A stretch of DNA of 64,000 nt from Balanoglossus misakiensis (taxonomy: Eukaryota > Animalia > Hemichordata): assembly GCA_040954595.2 (NCBI GenBank), contig CM082577.2:8395846-8459845 (forward strand), in the 5' to 3' direction. Shown here in pieces: positions 26,061-38,914 of this stretch (the first letter of the stretch is position 1; every line of letters starts with the position of its first letter). A program made the translations under genes and the position numbers. Below the pieces are notes generated by a model. The model was given only the letters and a program-made list of their open reading frames with translations, was not told the origin of the DNA and did not search any database.

Positions 26061-29000
26061 AAACATTCTTAAAATCACCAACTCAGAATAGTGTCATTGT
26101 CTTCTCTCAATCTTGTCCCAGAGATAAATCATCATTATTACACACACACATGTACACGGTAGACTGAACTTTTCAAATAGATGAACAGACTAATAATTAA
26201 TTCTGCTGAAAATTGTGAAATGAGTTGGAAACGATTTCTTATTTCAGAATACTGAGTGGTTTTGAAGTGTGATGAACTGTAAGAAAATCAAGTTTTATTA
26301 CAAAAATGTTGATAGTGCATACTTTAGACAGAGATAAAACGTAACCAAAACTGTCTCAAGTCGTGTCACACAGGCCAAGGACTGCATTCCAAAGACATTT
26401 CACAGATTCAAGAAATGCCAAACATATTGCGCCCTCATCCGAAATAAGTCATGCATCTACTGCAACTGCTTTGTCAACGCTGGGGGCGCTATATATTACT
26501 TGCCAGGAATAAATTCCATTTGTCAGGAGTGTATATGGATAGAGAACCCCAGTTGATTAATTACTCCAATCCACGCCACACACACAATTTACATATACAG
26601 TGTGGAAACATTTGTATTAAAGATCTTAATTGTCAAAATTTATTTTTCCAAATTTATTGAAATTCTTACAATAGATTTATTTTACAGCAAAGTGCTGGCA
26701 AATATAAAGCTTTCTAACATTTGCATTGTTTTTAACTACACAGCATATATCTTCATTTGCATTGAACAGTTTTTTTATCCGAATATTAAATAGAGCCTGT
26801 TAGCCAATAAAACTTTATCAAATTGCATTGTGAGGTTGCAGTATGCAAGTTTTGTAAGAAAAAACATCAGATTCGCTGGAAATTCTATCCTACAGCTCAA
26901 TTTCTAGACTAAGTCGGCAATATTTCTGCTTATAAATTACGTCTTCCCCCCCCCCCCCCCCCACTATTTCAAAGAGCTGCTCTATTCAGTGACCAGTTGT
27001 GACTATCAGATAACAAGCAAGATGAACATGTCAATTCAGCTGAACGAAAAAAACCATGGCACTTACGTGTAAAAGTAAAGTATCAGTATTCTACGGGATG
27101 ATGTGTCCGGAAATTTAACAAAAAAACTAAATCAGCACTATTTGTATATTGGTTAACACAAATGCGCACTAGGTGAAGGGATGTTTTATGTGCACTTGAT
27201 ATCAGGACAATATTTTGAATATGAACACTACCGAGAAAACACCAACAATGGTGCATTCCATGTAAACCTTGCATTCAAATTTGCAGTCAAGCAGCAATGT
27301 TAAAGTCACCGTCAAGCAGTATATCAAATTGACCCTGTTAAAAGCATGTTGACGTTTTTTTCCAGACATTCTAGTACTCGCAGTTACAAATGTATGGTAA
27401 ATAACCTAGCCCTTAATAAATGTACTCTCTGACACACATGAATTTCTGGAACACACCCGATCAACACTTTCTTTGAAGAGGACCTCCCATTCACAACAAC
27501 TTCCCAATATCATGTCAAACTCTCATTCAAAAATACACTCAGAATTCAAACCTTCCCAGATTCCATCATAAACTTCTGTCTATAAAAAAACAACTAAACT
27601 AACCAAAGACACAAAAACACGGCAAATTAAAGCGAATGACACAAGAATATTCTATACTTGTGAAGAGTAAAGAGTAAAATTTGCATTGCTAATGCTTGTA
27701 TGAGTGCAATGTGTTCTGAATACAGGAAAATGTAGTCTTGGGTTTTTGTATGCCAGCAATATTGTAGTCCTGATTCTATTGATGCTGTCAGGGAAAATGA
27801 AATTGAATTAATATGACATCATAGACTTAACAATGCACCATGATATGTACAGCAAAACTGTAATCTGGCGGGGTGAATTAACACAGCCCTGTCAAAGACG
27901 GTGTTAGGCAAAGGTGAAAAGGTTGAACAAGGTTTGGCATCAACCATTGCATTCAAAATATACCAATAGACATACCAAAAATCCCTGATCAGGATAGAAC
28001 AGAATGAAGACTACAATGATGACACATTTTTATAAATTAAAAAAATAAATAACTGGCATCACTTGTACTTTTTTTCCTGGACTCAGAAAACATCAGTGAC
28101 TGACAATCAAGTGTAAATTCTAGGATAAATGTAAGTATTCAATAAATATAAAAATATCAGATTTCAATTAAAAAAGATAAAGAAATGATGTAATTTGCTT
28201 TGAAAAGTTGGAGTGAACATACAGAGACATTTGATACATTTGATATATATTATAACTGACATAAATAAGAACGACAACAGTTTCTTGAAAATGTTTGCAT
28301 TGATCAATTTTGGCATGTCCGAAAAGTTAGTGACATGACATGAAAACCTGATATGTCACTAAGGGGAGTACTTTTTTTCAACATAACCATGGCAATGAAA
28401 TATTTACATAAGAATGGGTTATGGCAGTTTTAGCTGTATTTCAGACAATTATGGATGATCCAGTGAAATAACTGGAAGATTCGCTAAATGCCCTTAATTA
28501 ATGCTAATCCACTGTGACTAAACTTGTAACACTGCATTTTGTTAGTGAAGAATGGATTCTCAATATTGATGATCTCCAAAATTCTGAATTCAGAGAGGAG
28601 ATATATTTGTTGTCAAATTAATGATGTAAACATTTTGCAGGCTTTTACAAGTTCCAGTCAAGATTTCAGTCAGCAAACCCATTCAATTTATACAGATAAA
28701 TAAATCAATATAAAATGGGGAATTTCAAAGTCTCTTGTATTCTCTCACTCAGTTTCAAAGACCAACTTATCTCGACTTTCCCTGTCAACAACTGACCGAC
28801 TTGAAGACAGTGGGTCCTGATTTCGCCAGCCCACAGCCCAGCTGGACTGAGCAGCTTCGCAGGTCACGCACAGTTGCATGTGTACGCATTGAGTTTTTGA
28901 ATGGTACATGTATGTCCATTCGGAATGAGCAAACTTGCATTCACATTTTTGGTTTGAAATAACCAAAATCTAGGTTGTATATTGAGCTGTATTCGCCATT

Positions 29001-29147
29001 CACCCCTCAAAGTCTGCTTTTTATTTTGTTTTCAATGTGGATTCCTTCAAGATGCATCATTGAAGCCACATCACTTTGTAGAAAATAAATAATTCTGTAA
29101 AAAGTGTTCCTTTAGCGCTATTTTATAAACTCGTCTATTGAACAAGA

Positions 29148-29328
29148 CTACCACCTAGGGTGTACAAAGGTGATATTGTGAGTTTCTGTCCATGCTTTGA
29201 AGACTCGTCTCTCTGTCATGAGTCGATGTCCACCAGTCTCCACGTCTTCATGATAATTGTACACCATACATTCTGGCAGTGAGGGTGTTTTATAGTAACT
29301 ATATGGAACGTTGTTATTAGGATTGTCC
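29148..29328 (-). CDS. Sialyltransferase, terminal exon (motif III and VS)
   Basis: DNPNNNVPYSYYKTPSLPECMVYNYHEDVETGGHRLMTERRVFKAWTETHNITFVHPRW* (cf. ST6GalNAc3-6 VPYHYY...EC..Y..HE...GHRFITEK.VF..W...I.F.HP.W). Total 349 aa. Confidence 0.93.
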
Positions 29329-29501
29329 CTGGAGAAAAACAGACAAAAAATATTTTTAGAAAATGAAGAGTAAAAAAGTTTTAACGATTTTTTCCCCTTA
29401 GTAGGTTTGATGAAAACTGACTGTCATCAGGGAACGGCAAAGAGAGAGAGATGCTTTTCAAAGTTCAACATTTTCTAGAATAAAGCCATGAAACAACATA
29501 C

Positions 29502-29609
29502 CTGCAATATGTTTCCGGGATCATTCCATAAACTCGGATGTTTTCACAAACATCTCTCATCATCATTAATGCATAAAATCCTGTGGAATATTCCGTTCCT
29601 GTTGATATC
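29502..29609 (-). CDS. Sialyltransferase, exon 4 (sialylmotif S)
   Basis: ISTGTEYSTGFYALMMMRDVCENIRVYGMIPETYCR. Canonical splice sites, phase 2-2. Confidence 0.93.
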
Positions 29610-29818
29610 CTGGGGAAAGGCACAGAGAAAATTTGATCAGAAATGTAAATGGAAACTATAATTTCATAATATAAACAGTAAACAACAATCTGCCTAGGTT
29701 TGCTTTCGTTAGAATTTCTGGTCAGTTTTTCTCCCTGGTTGGTTTTATACAATAGGTAAAGATATAACATTGACTACAAAACTCATAACACTGTGTAAAA
29801 CATTAGCCAGCATCTCAC

Positions 29819-30040
29819 CTCGACTTGCCAGTATGAGTTTCCCACTCTCTGTCTGCCAGTGATTCTGTAACTTTGGAGAATTTGTAGAAACCAGTCTTGC
29901 TGTACTTGTCTGTCAGTTTCTGCAGTGTTATTGGAGTTTTGCCAGTTTCAAATTTATACTCTGGACCGTGGAAGAATACATTGCTAAGGAATCTGTTCTG
30001 GCTGATTAGTTCACTTGCATTGCCAGCTAGATCAGAGATA
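29819..30040 (-). CDS. Sialyltransferase, exon 3
   Basis: Acceptor ccttgcag|, donor AG|GTGAGA, 222 nt, phase 2-2. ...NVFFHGPE...ADREWETHTGKSR (cf. ST6GalNAc WGP...FxxETGKxR). Confidence 0.88.
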
Positions 30041-30180
30041 CTGCAAGGAACAGAACAGATTTTATCACATGTGAATATTAATTGTGTAATTTATCATTCA
30101 TATTGCTTAGAAATATTCATACATCTTCACCAGAACTACTTTCAAGGAGAAATCAACTTTCGAATACATTTTCTAAACTA

Positions 30181-30311
30181 CAGTAAAACCTGTCTTAACC
30201 TGTCTATACCAAACACCCTTTCCCATCCCTTTGACGTAGAAAGAACCTCTATAAACCAGATACCCAAGTTTCTTCAGTCCCTTTGGTGTTCGGTTTAGAC
30301 AGGTTTTACTG
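30181..30311. mobile_element. MITE family B, copy 2 (opposite orientation, shorter)
   Basis: TA|CAGTAAAACCTGTCT...TTAGACAGGTTTTACTG|TA. Internal AACCTCTATAAAC and TTCTTCAGTCC match the reverse complement of copy 1. Confidence 0.82.
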
Positions 30312-30499
30312 TACATATGCATGTGGTTTGCAAGTAGCGTAGTAATGTGTTGAAATAAGTTCCGTTGATTTATTTATGAGAGGATCGGCACTTCCATGTG
30401 GGATTTCATAAGCTTGAATTCGCTTCAAGGAGAAATTCAACTCACGAAATGCATGTCACAAAGCCACCTGCTGTGCCCACCCAGTCTTACACAACTCAC

Positions 30500-30635
30500 C
30501 TTCTATGCGAAACAATCCTGGCAGTGGTGCGTTTGCCAACATCGAGTTCAAAACCGCGAGTTGGAGCAGTGTTCAGTCTGAAGACGCATTGTGCTGTGTC
30601 GATGGCATCGCCAAGATTTGAATACAGCATCTGAC
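30500..30635 (-). CDS. Sialyltransferase, exon 2 (sialylmotif L)
   Basis: GQMLYSNLGDAIDTAQCVFRLNTAPTRGFELDVGKRTTARIVSHRS. Acceptor gaatag|, donor AG|GTGAGT, phase 1-2. Confidence 0.93.
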
Positions 30636-31256
30636 CTATTCAATGACAATACAGATTTCAACATTGATTATAAAAAAAAAACCTTCTCATTAGTTTCTCC
30701 AATCAACCATTCACTGGAGAGGCATCCGCAGCCGTGGGTCATGTGACTTATTCACAGTTAAGACTCAAACTCTACCACGTGACATTGTTCATTCATTTCC
30801 CATTGAAAAACTGACAATCGGGTCATTGTAATCTCATCAATTTGTTTAAGGGTTATTCATCTGTCTGTCTGTCCAGCGAAGGTAGTTTTTTTGTGTGCAC
30901 AACTGCCCACATCCTGTGACTGAAGGACAGTGGGTCACCACCTTCTGGTTCATACAACTGTCCTCTTTGGTAAAAAAACGCTCTTAAACTTTCATGGTAT
31001 TTTACACAACAGCATTATTTATTTGTTGAAGGACTTGCAACCTATTCAGTCATACACACTTACACTCAGAACCAACCAGCCCTGCAGGTCAAGAAAAATC
31101 ACCCTGCCCGTTTTTTCTCAACCAACAATTTTTTTAATTTTCTGAAATCCATGCACAGATTGTACAATCGCCATGGTCACAGACACTGGTTGGAGACGTC
31201 TTACACGCAAACGAACAGTTAACAAACCCCTGACACTGTCGGCAATCTCTATTTAC

Positions 31257-31659
31257 CTGAGTTAGAAACCAAAGCGCAGGAACTGCACTGCATGGCCAAT
31301 CCAGAGGCATCGCTTCCAATTCCAATACCTTCGTACAAATCGCTGCTCTCCGTCGGTTCGGCAGAATAGTCCAAAGATTCCCGATGGTAACTCAGAATCT
31401 CACGTCGTGACATCAAGTGAGGTCTGGCGGCTTCCAGCTGAGTTCGTCTGGCCTCGTACTTCTCCCGGAGATCCACGTTCATGGGGTCAATTTTGTGGAC
31501 GTGATACGTTGGCCCCCGAATTTCCCTTTCTGTGATGTGTCTGGGGGTCAGCCTGTGCTTGCCAGGAAAGTCCATGTACAACGTGACCATCAGATGTACA
31601 CACGCTCCTGCTGCTAACAAAGCAAGGAATGGTTTCAGGAGAAACGAGACAGACGACAT
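31257..31659 (-). CDS. GT29 sialyltransferase (ST6GalNAc III-VI-like), coding exon 1: signal-anchor, stem and start of sialylmotif L
   Basis: MSSVSFLLKPFLALLAAGACVHLMVTLY (type II TM)...CSSCALVSNSG. Donor G|GTAAAT. An acceptor at 31708-09 implies an upstream 5' UTR exon. Confidence 0.9.
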
Positions 31660-33909
31660 CTTGCGGGTTTTCTCGAGACAAGTTTAATTCCTTCAGATTA
31701 CAGTGCCCTGTCAAAGACAAAAATACATAGTTTGAATTTATGGCATCAAGTTGACTGGTGATGAAAACAATTTGTTTATGGCAAATATACAAGTATTTGA
31801 CTCGGAATGTTCGGTATTCATTTGAATTGCAGCTACAAAAATATTGGTTACATACAACTAAAGGGAAAAAATTAGGTTCCCAGTGAGCCCACACATGGAT
31901 GGAGACAGAGACAACTCAGGTGTGAAGGCTGAGCTGCAGATTATAGCCACAATTACACATGTCAAGTCACTAAGATGTTAAATCTCACTTCATGAGATCA
32001 GTTCTGATACACACCATTTCACTCAATTCATAGATCATTCTACTCTCGCTCACAAAAAAACACCTTTACTGTAAACACTTTCCTGATTGAATTTGATCCG
32101 TATTGTCAAACCATTTGCAACAAAAAAGCACAGATGTCGGAACTCCTAATAACATTGATGTTCTGACGCACGAAACGTTGTTTATTGACAGAACTCCAGC
32201 ATTGGCCTTGAAAAATTAGGAATATTAGGTCAAAACTGGAATATTGACCATGGCTGACCTTGAAAGCATCACTTTGGTATTTGTGAAATTATATATCATT
32301 TATCACGTGCCCTTCACTTATCAAAATCATAAAATAATTTACCCAGAAAAGTCACAATGTAAAAAATCTTCATAATAATAATATGTCAATAAATTCAGCT
32401 GCTCCATGAATAAGCTACCCTTATAAGGCTGTATGCGTGACTCCCAGTGCTTCTAATAAACATAAATTATGAAAAATATACAAGTCTACTGCGATCACGC
32501 AGACACTACCTGGTTCATGTGACGGTTGGGCCTGGCTGATAACCTTGTTATTGTACATATGCTAATCGAGTGACATGTTTTGATTGGTTGTTTTTGTTGT
32601 GAATTATATTCCCAGGTTAAGTGCTGATGAAAAATAAAAGTTTCAATAGCAAAACAGATGGGAATTCGGGACAGTGATGTTATTTACTCTGACACTCTTC
32701 ACATCAAAAAGAAAAGCATCAAATCTGGATTTCTTATCCTGTTGTCTAGTTCCACAGTTCATTAATTTTTACCACTAAGTTCATTAGGGACAAACAAATT
32801 GCAGATGAAAAACATAGCTCACTTCACAGCTGGTTCACATATAAAGAAATAAAAAAAAATCAAGTTTTGTGCGTTTTTTTTTATCTGTTATATAAAATTG
32901 TTTTGTTGCCCTATTTTATATTTGCAGGTTCATTATCATATTTTCTAATTTCATTTTAATTAAAGTAAATATACAAATACATGCAAAGAGAAATCACTTT
33001 GGAATGTTTTGTAGAATGCACCAGGGGTGATCATGAATCAATATCCCACACCACAATTCCACAGCAATTATTGCAGGTCTGCTGAGCCTGTACATAGACT
33101 GATAGTATGAAAATATGACATTATCCTTTCCTTGACCTGCTTGTTATAAATACCCCCTACAGAATAAACGTGATCTAACGAATGCCATTTACTGATGTAC
33201 AGGATCATTTATTGATTTATTCAGTATACTTCAGGGAGAATTTAAATTTCAAGATATTTCCCCAGTTCTGAAATAGTGCCTATTGCTCCATACATTCTAT
33301 GAAAGTTCCTCAGAGACATCCATGGGAAAAAATTTGCATGAGTCATGCCAGAGCACAGACTATCGTTATATGTTGTTGAACATTTTTTCTTTTTTTTTAG
33401 TCAGCTTGAAATACTCATAAATTAAACAAAAATTGTACCTAAATTCAACTTTTATGTTGAACCTCTATTTAAAAGCACAGGGTATCATCTCGGATTAGGC
33501 TTATCGATGAAAACTCACAATTTAGTGACAAATACATTTGTTACATAGCGCAGCCAAGGAATTCATCCCAGGGTTCACATGGAGGCTAAAACATTCATAC
33601 AATTTATATTATAGTAATGCATGCTTGCTTTACGATGTTGGACAAATCAACTATCTTAAGAGCCATCACAATAGTATTCTGATACCCGTTTCAACATGTC
33701 TAGATATTGGTGTACAGTCTAGTCTGGTCAAGTTTCCACTTCCGATGTGAATATCATTTCAGACTTTATTAATACACACAAAAATTGGGTACGAGATTTC
33801 AAAATGCAGACACTCATGAAAAATCTGAAACAGCTAAAGATTTCTTATAAATTGCAAAGCAAATTTAAAACCATTCTGGACAGTTGATTAAAGTCGCCCT
33901 CTTATAAAT

Positions 33910-33912
<3 letters not shown>

Positions 33913-33943
<31 letters not shown>
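33913..33943. repeat. (AC)n microsatellite
   Basis: About 15 AC units. Confidence 0.95.
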
Positions 33944-33948
<5 letters not shown>

Positions 33949-35514
33949 TCCCTTTAACATTTGTACTACATGTACCACTAAAAACAAAATTTCTTAAATT
34001 GGCTCCGTCAAGGGCCAGAAATTTGTTGGGAAAGTTGTGCCAGATGTTTGTCAATTTACTTCAGTCATAGCAATAAAGTAATACATGTAGCATGCAGCAG
34101 CTGCCTTGCATAACAAGACTATGACATTCTTAGCCGTCTTGGCACTGACCCGCCCAGGTCATTCAGCAGTGGCCATAACGAATGTTTGACCTGCAACTAC
34201 ATTAGCAACATGTTTCCACTGTACCAGCCTTACTGAAAGAATTCCACAAATACTTTTTTTTTCTTTGAACGGGAAATGAAACTTTGCCAGAAGAAATCGA
34301 GGGCTCTTTTCGCAAGTATAAACTGCAGTACCTCTCGTCAAATTTATTTGATACTTTCCAAGAACGTTGGTAATTTCTTTTAGATCGACAAAAATTTATC
34401 TATCACCAAGAAAATATTTGGAGATTACCGGAGTGTACACGTGTCAGCCAAACTTCCGAAAATGAAATGGTGGAATAAATTTTCTCAGTCAAGTTGCCCC
34501 AAATTGCATTGTAGTTAATTGGTATTTGCAGAAAATTCTGCAATGTTGTTCCCGTTACTATAGTGTAGACTTTGTATGGTCTTAAACCGCGTCTTTTACA
34601 GGTAAGTTTTATTTTTTCGGTCAACAAACGGTGCAGTGATTCATTGCTAATGCTTGACCCCGTGAGGTCGCGCGTCTCTGCAGTTGCTAGTTGCCATGCC
34701 GCGCGCGCCAAGCTACTTTCGATGATGCAATCGCGACCGCCCTACATTTCAAAGGAACCGCCTTAGTGAAAGTACTCGAGGGTTGCCAATCGAGCAAATC
34801 TCTTCCAGTAACCGCTGTAAAATTTTGAAGCCATGAACTGAAATCGCCATTTACAAAAAAAATCCGAATATCGCCAACAGGAAGACTCCCAAATAAAAAG
34901 ACGCACGCGCGCATTATTCGAGTAGACACGGGGAATATTGCCGGGCGGACGATCAACCGCGAAAGAATGACCAAGGAAGGCACTGCTAAACGTTTTAACA
35001 GTTAGCATTAGATTATCTAGATAATGTATTATATAATCGTTAACTGTTATTCGCTTGCCAACGCAAAATATACAAATTTTGTACCGTACGTATCATCTTA
35101 ACACTGACAGGCGCATCTCCATCATGCTACCTTCGATTTCGAAAAAAAAAATTGGGAAAATACAATGTAAAGCATATCCGCCAATTCTTTCTGCTTAAAA
35201 ACCCGTCAGTTCAACTTGATTCGAAGCAATACACGCTAGTTTTCCTCCAAGTTGGTTTGTTTTGCTTTTGTGTTTGGCGCGAAATTTGCACTGTGTGTTT
35301 TGGCGCCACGCTTGGTGATGAATGGGGAATGAAAGAAAACAAACCGGACGTGAACGACCGCCCACGCCTCTCATTTTTACACCACAAAAATAAACTAGAA
35401 ACATCTTTTCGTCGGGCACATTGATTTTATATCATATGTTTTAGTTTCTTCAGAATTTGCAACGTTTTTTGGCCAATGTTTTTGCCGAATGTCATCTATT
35501 ATCCATCAACTTCT

Positions 35515-35706
35515 ATGACAGAACTTCATGACCTCTGCGCGCGATCTGTGCAATATGGATTTTATTTTCATGAGTGAGAAGGTGTATTCTTCCGAGTATT
35601 TTTACGAGCGATAGCGAGTAAAAATGCAGAAGAATACACCTTCTCACGAGTGAAAATAACATCCATATTGCACAGATCGCGCGCAGAGGTCATGAAGTTC
35701 TGTTAT
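35515..35706. repeat. Long near-perfect inverted repeat (about 190-bp hairpin)
   Basis: ACAGAACTTCATGACCTCTGCGCGCGATCTGTGCAATATGGAT...GAGAAGGTGTATTCTT pairs with AAGAATACACCTTCTC...ATCCATATTGCACAGATCGCGCGCAGAGGTCATGAAGTTCTGT. Confidence 0.95.
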
Positions 35707-35884
35707 TATTGCATATGTTTCCCCAGATTTGACGAAAATCAAAGTTTCGATCGTGGCGTATTGATTTTCATTACAGTGATGCGCCAAAGGCTATGCAACC
35801 CAGAGAAGGCCGCTCATTGGCCAAAATGACGCAACCTTTGTTATGCAAAGAAGGGTCATGTGGGGTCATTCCAACAGTGGGTTA

Positions 35885-36262
35885 CCTGAGGTCGTGAGAA
35901 TGCAGCTATAAATTTTGAAACACTGGCGATAGCGAGAGATTTTCGTAATTTTCGAGGTTCCAAAACACACTGACAACTAAATGTTCTGTTATTCTGACGA
36001 TAGTTGGGAAGGATAATAAAACAACGTGCCAGAATGTTGAAAAATCCGCATGTTTCGGCGATCATGTTGGCTCATTTCATCGGTGGTTTAGCTCAGGTCG
36101 CAAGATAGCATCGGCAATATTTGAGAAACTGGCGATAGCGAGGGATATTCCGAGGTTCCCAAACATACTGCCAGTTAATGTTTTGTTATTCTGACAAAAT
36201 TTGGGAAGGATAAGACAATGACGTCTCCGAATGTTGAAAATTCCCCACGTTTCGGCGATCAT
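35885..36262. repeat. Diverged direct duplication (two units of about 180-200 bp)
   Basis: Shared blocks ACTGGCGATAGCGAG, GAGGTTCC, GTTATTCTGAC, TTGGGAAGGATAA, GAATGTTGAAAA and GTTTCGGCGATCAT appear in the same order in both units. Confidence 0.85.
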
Positions 36263-38914
36263 ACTCCAGCTCTGCCGACCGCGTTCAATGTTTACAAACA
36301 AAACGTAGTCCGGCTTGTTTTTACTCATTTGCATATGGGTTGTGAAAAATACCACTTTGTCACGCGCACAACTAAAACAACAATCGGCTTTTTTGCGACT
36401 GAAATAAAACTTTTGTTATATCCTCCGGAGGTTTATATGAACTCCAAGTGATTGTCTAACAGAACGAGGGTTAAACTTTGAAAGATACGATCGATTGAAG
36501 GGGAAATGGGGGATCTTATTCTTCGGGATGCTCATTTGCATATGAGCTCGCAAAAATACCAGAATTATTATTGCACGGCCCGCTTGGAATACTGTGGTAC
36601 ATATGCAATAATGTATAATATTAATATAATAACACTTTCTCACTACAGTCTACAGGCACAATGACAGGTACCGACCAGTCGTATATTTTGCTCGTACAAG
36701 AACGACTTTATAAATCGAACTAATGAGAAAATACTCACCGAGTTATGTAGAAATTTCTAAGTAAGGAATATTTTTCTCGAATAGGAAGAAGCGTGTACGC
36801 GTGTTACTCTTAGTAGACGTCTGATGCAACTATTTTTTTTTACTATACGGAGCACATGGAGTTTTAGTTCACGTGAGTGTGTTGTGGTAGCGTGCATGCT
36901 CTTGCGAATGGAAAACTTTAAGGTCATTGGGCTCTGGGGGGTAGGGGACTTGGAAACTGTTTTGAAACAAGATTCGGTGTCCTTCTGTCACCCGTTCATC
37001 GCTGCATGTACATAAAAAGGATTGAATTATCAATTTAATTGATTTTAGGAAGTAAAATTTCAAGAAGTACCACCGAAAAATAAAATGAAACCCTTCCACG
37101 GGAGAGGATATCCCCGTCAGTCATACCTCGATCAATATGGTATCGCCCACATTAGCATCACTAAACAGACACGAGGAGAGCGTGTGGATACGTATACGCA
37201 AAGCGCAAGGAATTTCCCGGTAAACTCTCGCCCACGTACACGATTCGCAACGACAGAGAATCGTGAGAACATACACAACATGGACAGGCAGTGTATGCTT
37301 GCATCATCCGTAACCTTACCCGTATCACGTGTAAAAATATTGACGAACCCATAGGCCTATATCTACCTGTGTCGGTATATTTAGATGAAATCAACAACGA
37401 AATTAGGCCTACACTTTCTACAAAAATAAATACATGTGCGACATTTGTTTATTTTGAACAGTAGAAATTGTCCGCGATGTATTCTTGAGGACATGCAGTA
37501 AAATTTCGAGCAAGTCTTTTTGCCTTACCCGTTTCTGGAATATCACAAATACATGTAGAACTTTCACTGAGACGTGTTTAAAAAGATGTCTTTTGATGGT
37601 CGGTCGCGTTTTGCATCAAGACGCGGTTGTTATAATCATAGACACTAGGAAAAAAATTGTTGTGTGTTTCATGTTTCAGCACATCTCTAAATCACCTACA
37701 CCACCTTTATCCGAGTCGTTTATTCAAATATTGAAAGGGATTTGATCAATACATTTGAGGGCGCGGTGGACCTGTCTGTCACTGATCTGCTGTGTACCAA
37801 AAAAGGATTTCATATGTCGGATGACGACACAGATAATTAATTGAAATGTTCTGTGCAATTAATCAATCGACTCATACCCAGCTGTCATAAGCGGATACCT
37901 ACCTGTATACAAACGTATACGCTCAACGACAATTGACACCACCAACGTCATCTATGACGTCTTAGCAATGAACGAGCTATTTTTAAATTCTAAGCACACA
38001 AACGCCGGACAGACATATAGGGCCTACATGGAGTGAATCTTCACTTAACAACCGAGCTCTGTCAAAGTTGTTCCAAGAAAGAACAGGATCGTAGGGTACA
38101 TTATCCATCTGAGTTTGAACAATCAATTGTATTTCCCTAGGACCCTTGCTGATAAAATCAGTTTTTTATCTACACGTAACTCACGCAATAAGCTTATTGA
38201 GACACCTGTTTTCATATACATGTACCGTCACCTACCAACAGAATAATCAATATAAAAATGTGAATATAGAAACATTCTAAAACACACTTGATGAAAAAAA
38301 TGTCCACTAGATTGGAAATGATGAATAATTGTGTCCTTGCGAACAATAATTTTCATTTGATGTTTAAAATTATCTTGTAGTTCACATATTTAATACTTGT
38401 TGAAAATCCCACGCGTTCGTGCCATTACAGGCATTTCCGCCAGTAATAAAGTCATGACATGACTGGAACACGACCTGAAAGCGTGATCATCACGATTTGT
38501 TTTGTCAGGACAGGTGGTACATGGTCGTCGATCATTTTAGTATAGGCCCCTTACACATTTGTATCTATACAATCCGTCGAATTTTGCCAGAAGCATTAGG
38601 ATCTTAACGATTGAATTAAGAGTCGCACACACTCTCAGCTGAGACTCGAAAAGTTAAAACAAAAGGGGACCGAACAGAGGCAACAAGTTTTATACATTAA
38701 AATCATTAAAATATCACCTTCAGCCGTCATCATCATAACCTGATGTGCTATTTTTATTGAATCCGAGAGCGAAACAAATCTTAGATGGCCCGATGTCTTG
38801 TAGGCCTACATGGAGCATTTGAAAATATTTTGACAACACAAAGAGGAGTATCACACAGCGCAAAACATTACTGTCTGTTCACAAATGAATCGATCCAATT
38901 TAGTTTCACATTTA

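Noticed and set aside
35856-36355. Two similar minus-strand ORFs (MIAETxGxFNI...) suggesting a small gene pair
   Set aside because: The similarity reflects a DNA-level duplication inside a repeat-like element; indels break frame correspondence and no splice or codon signal was seen.
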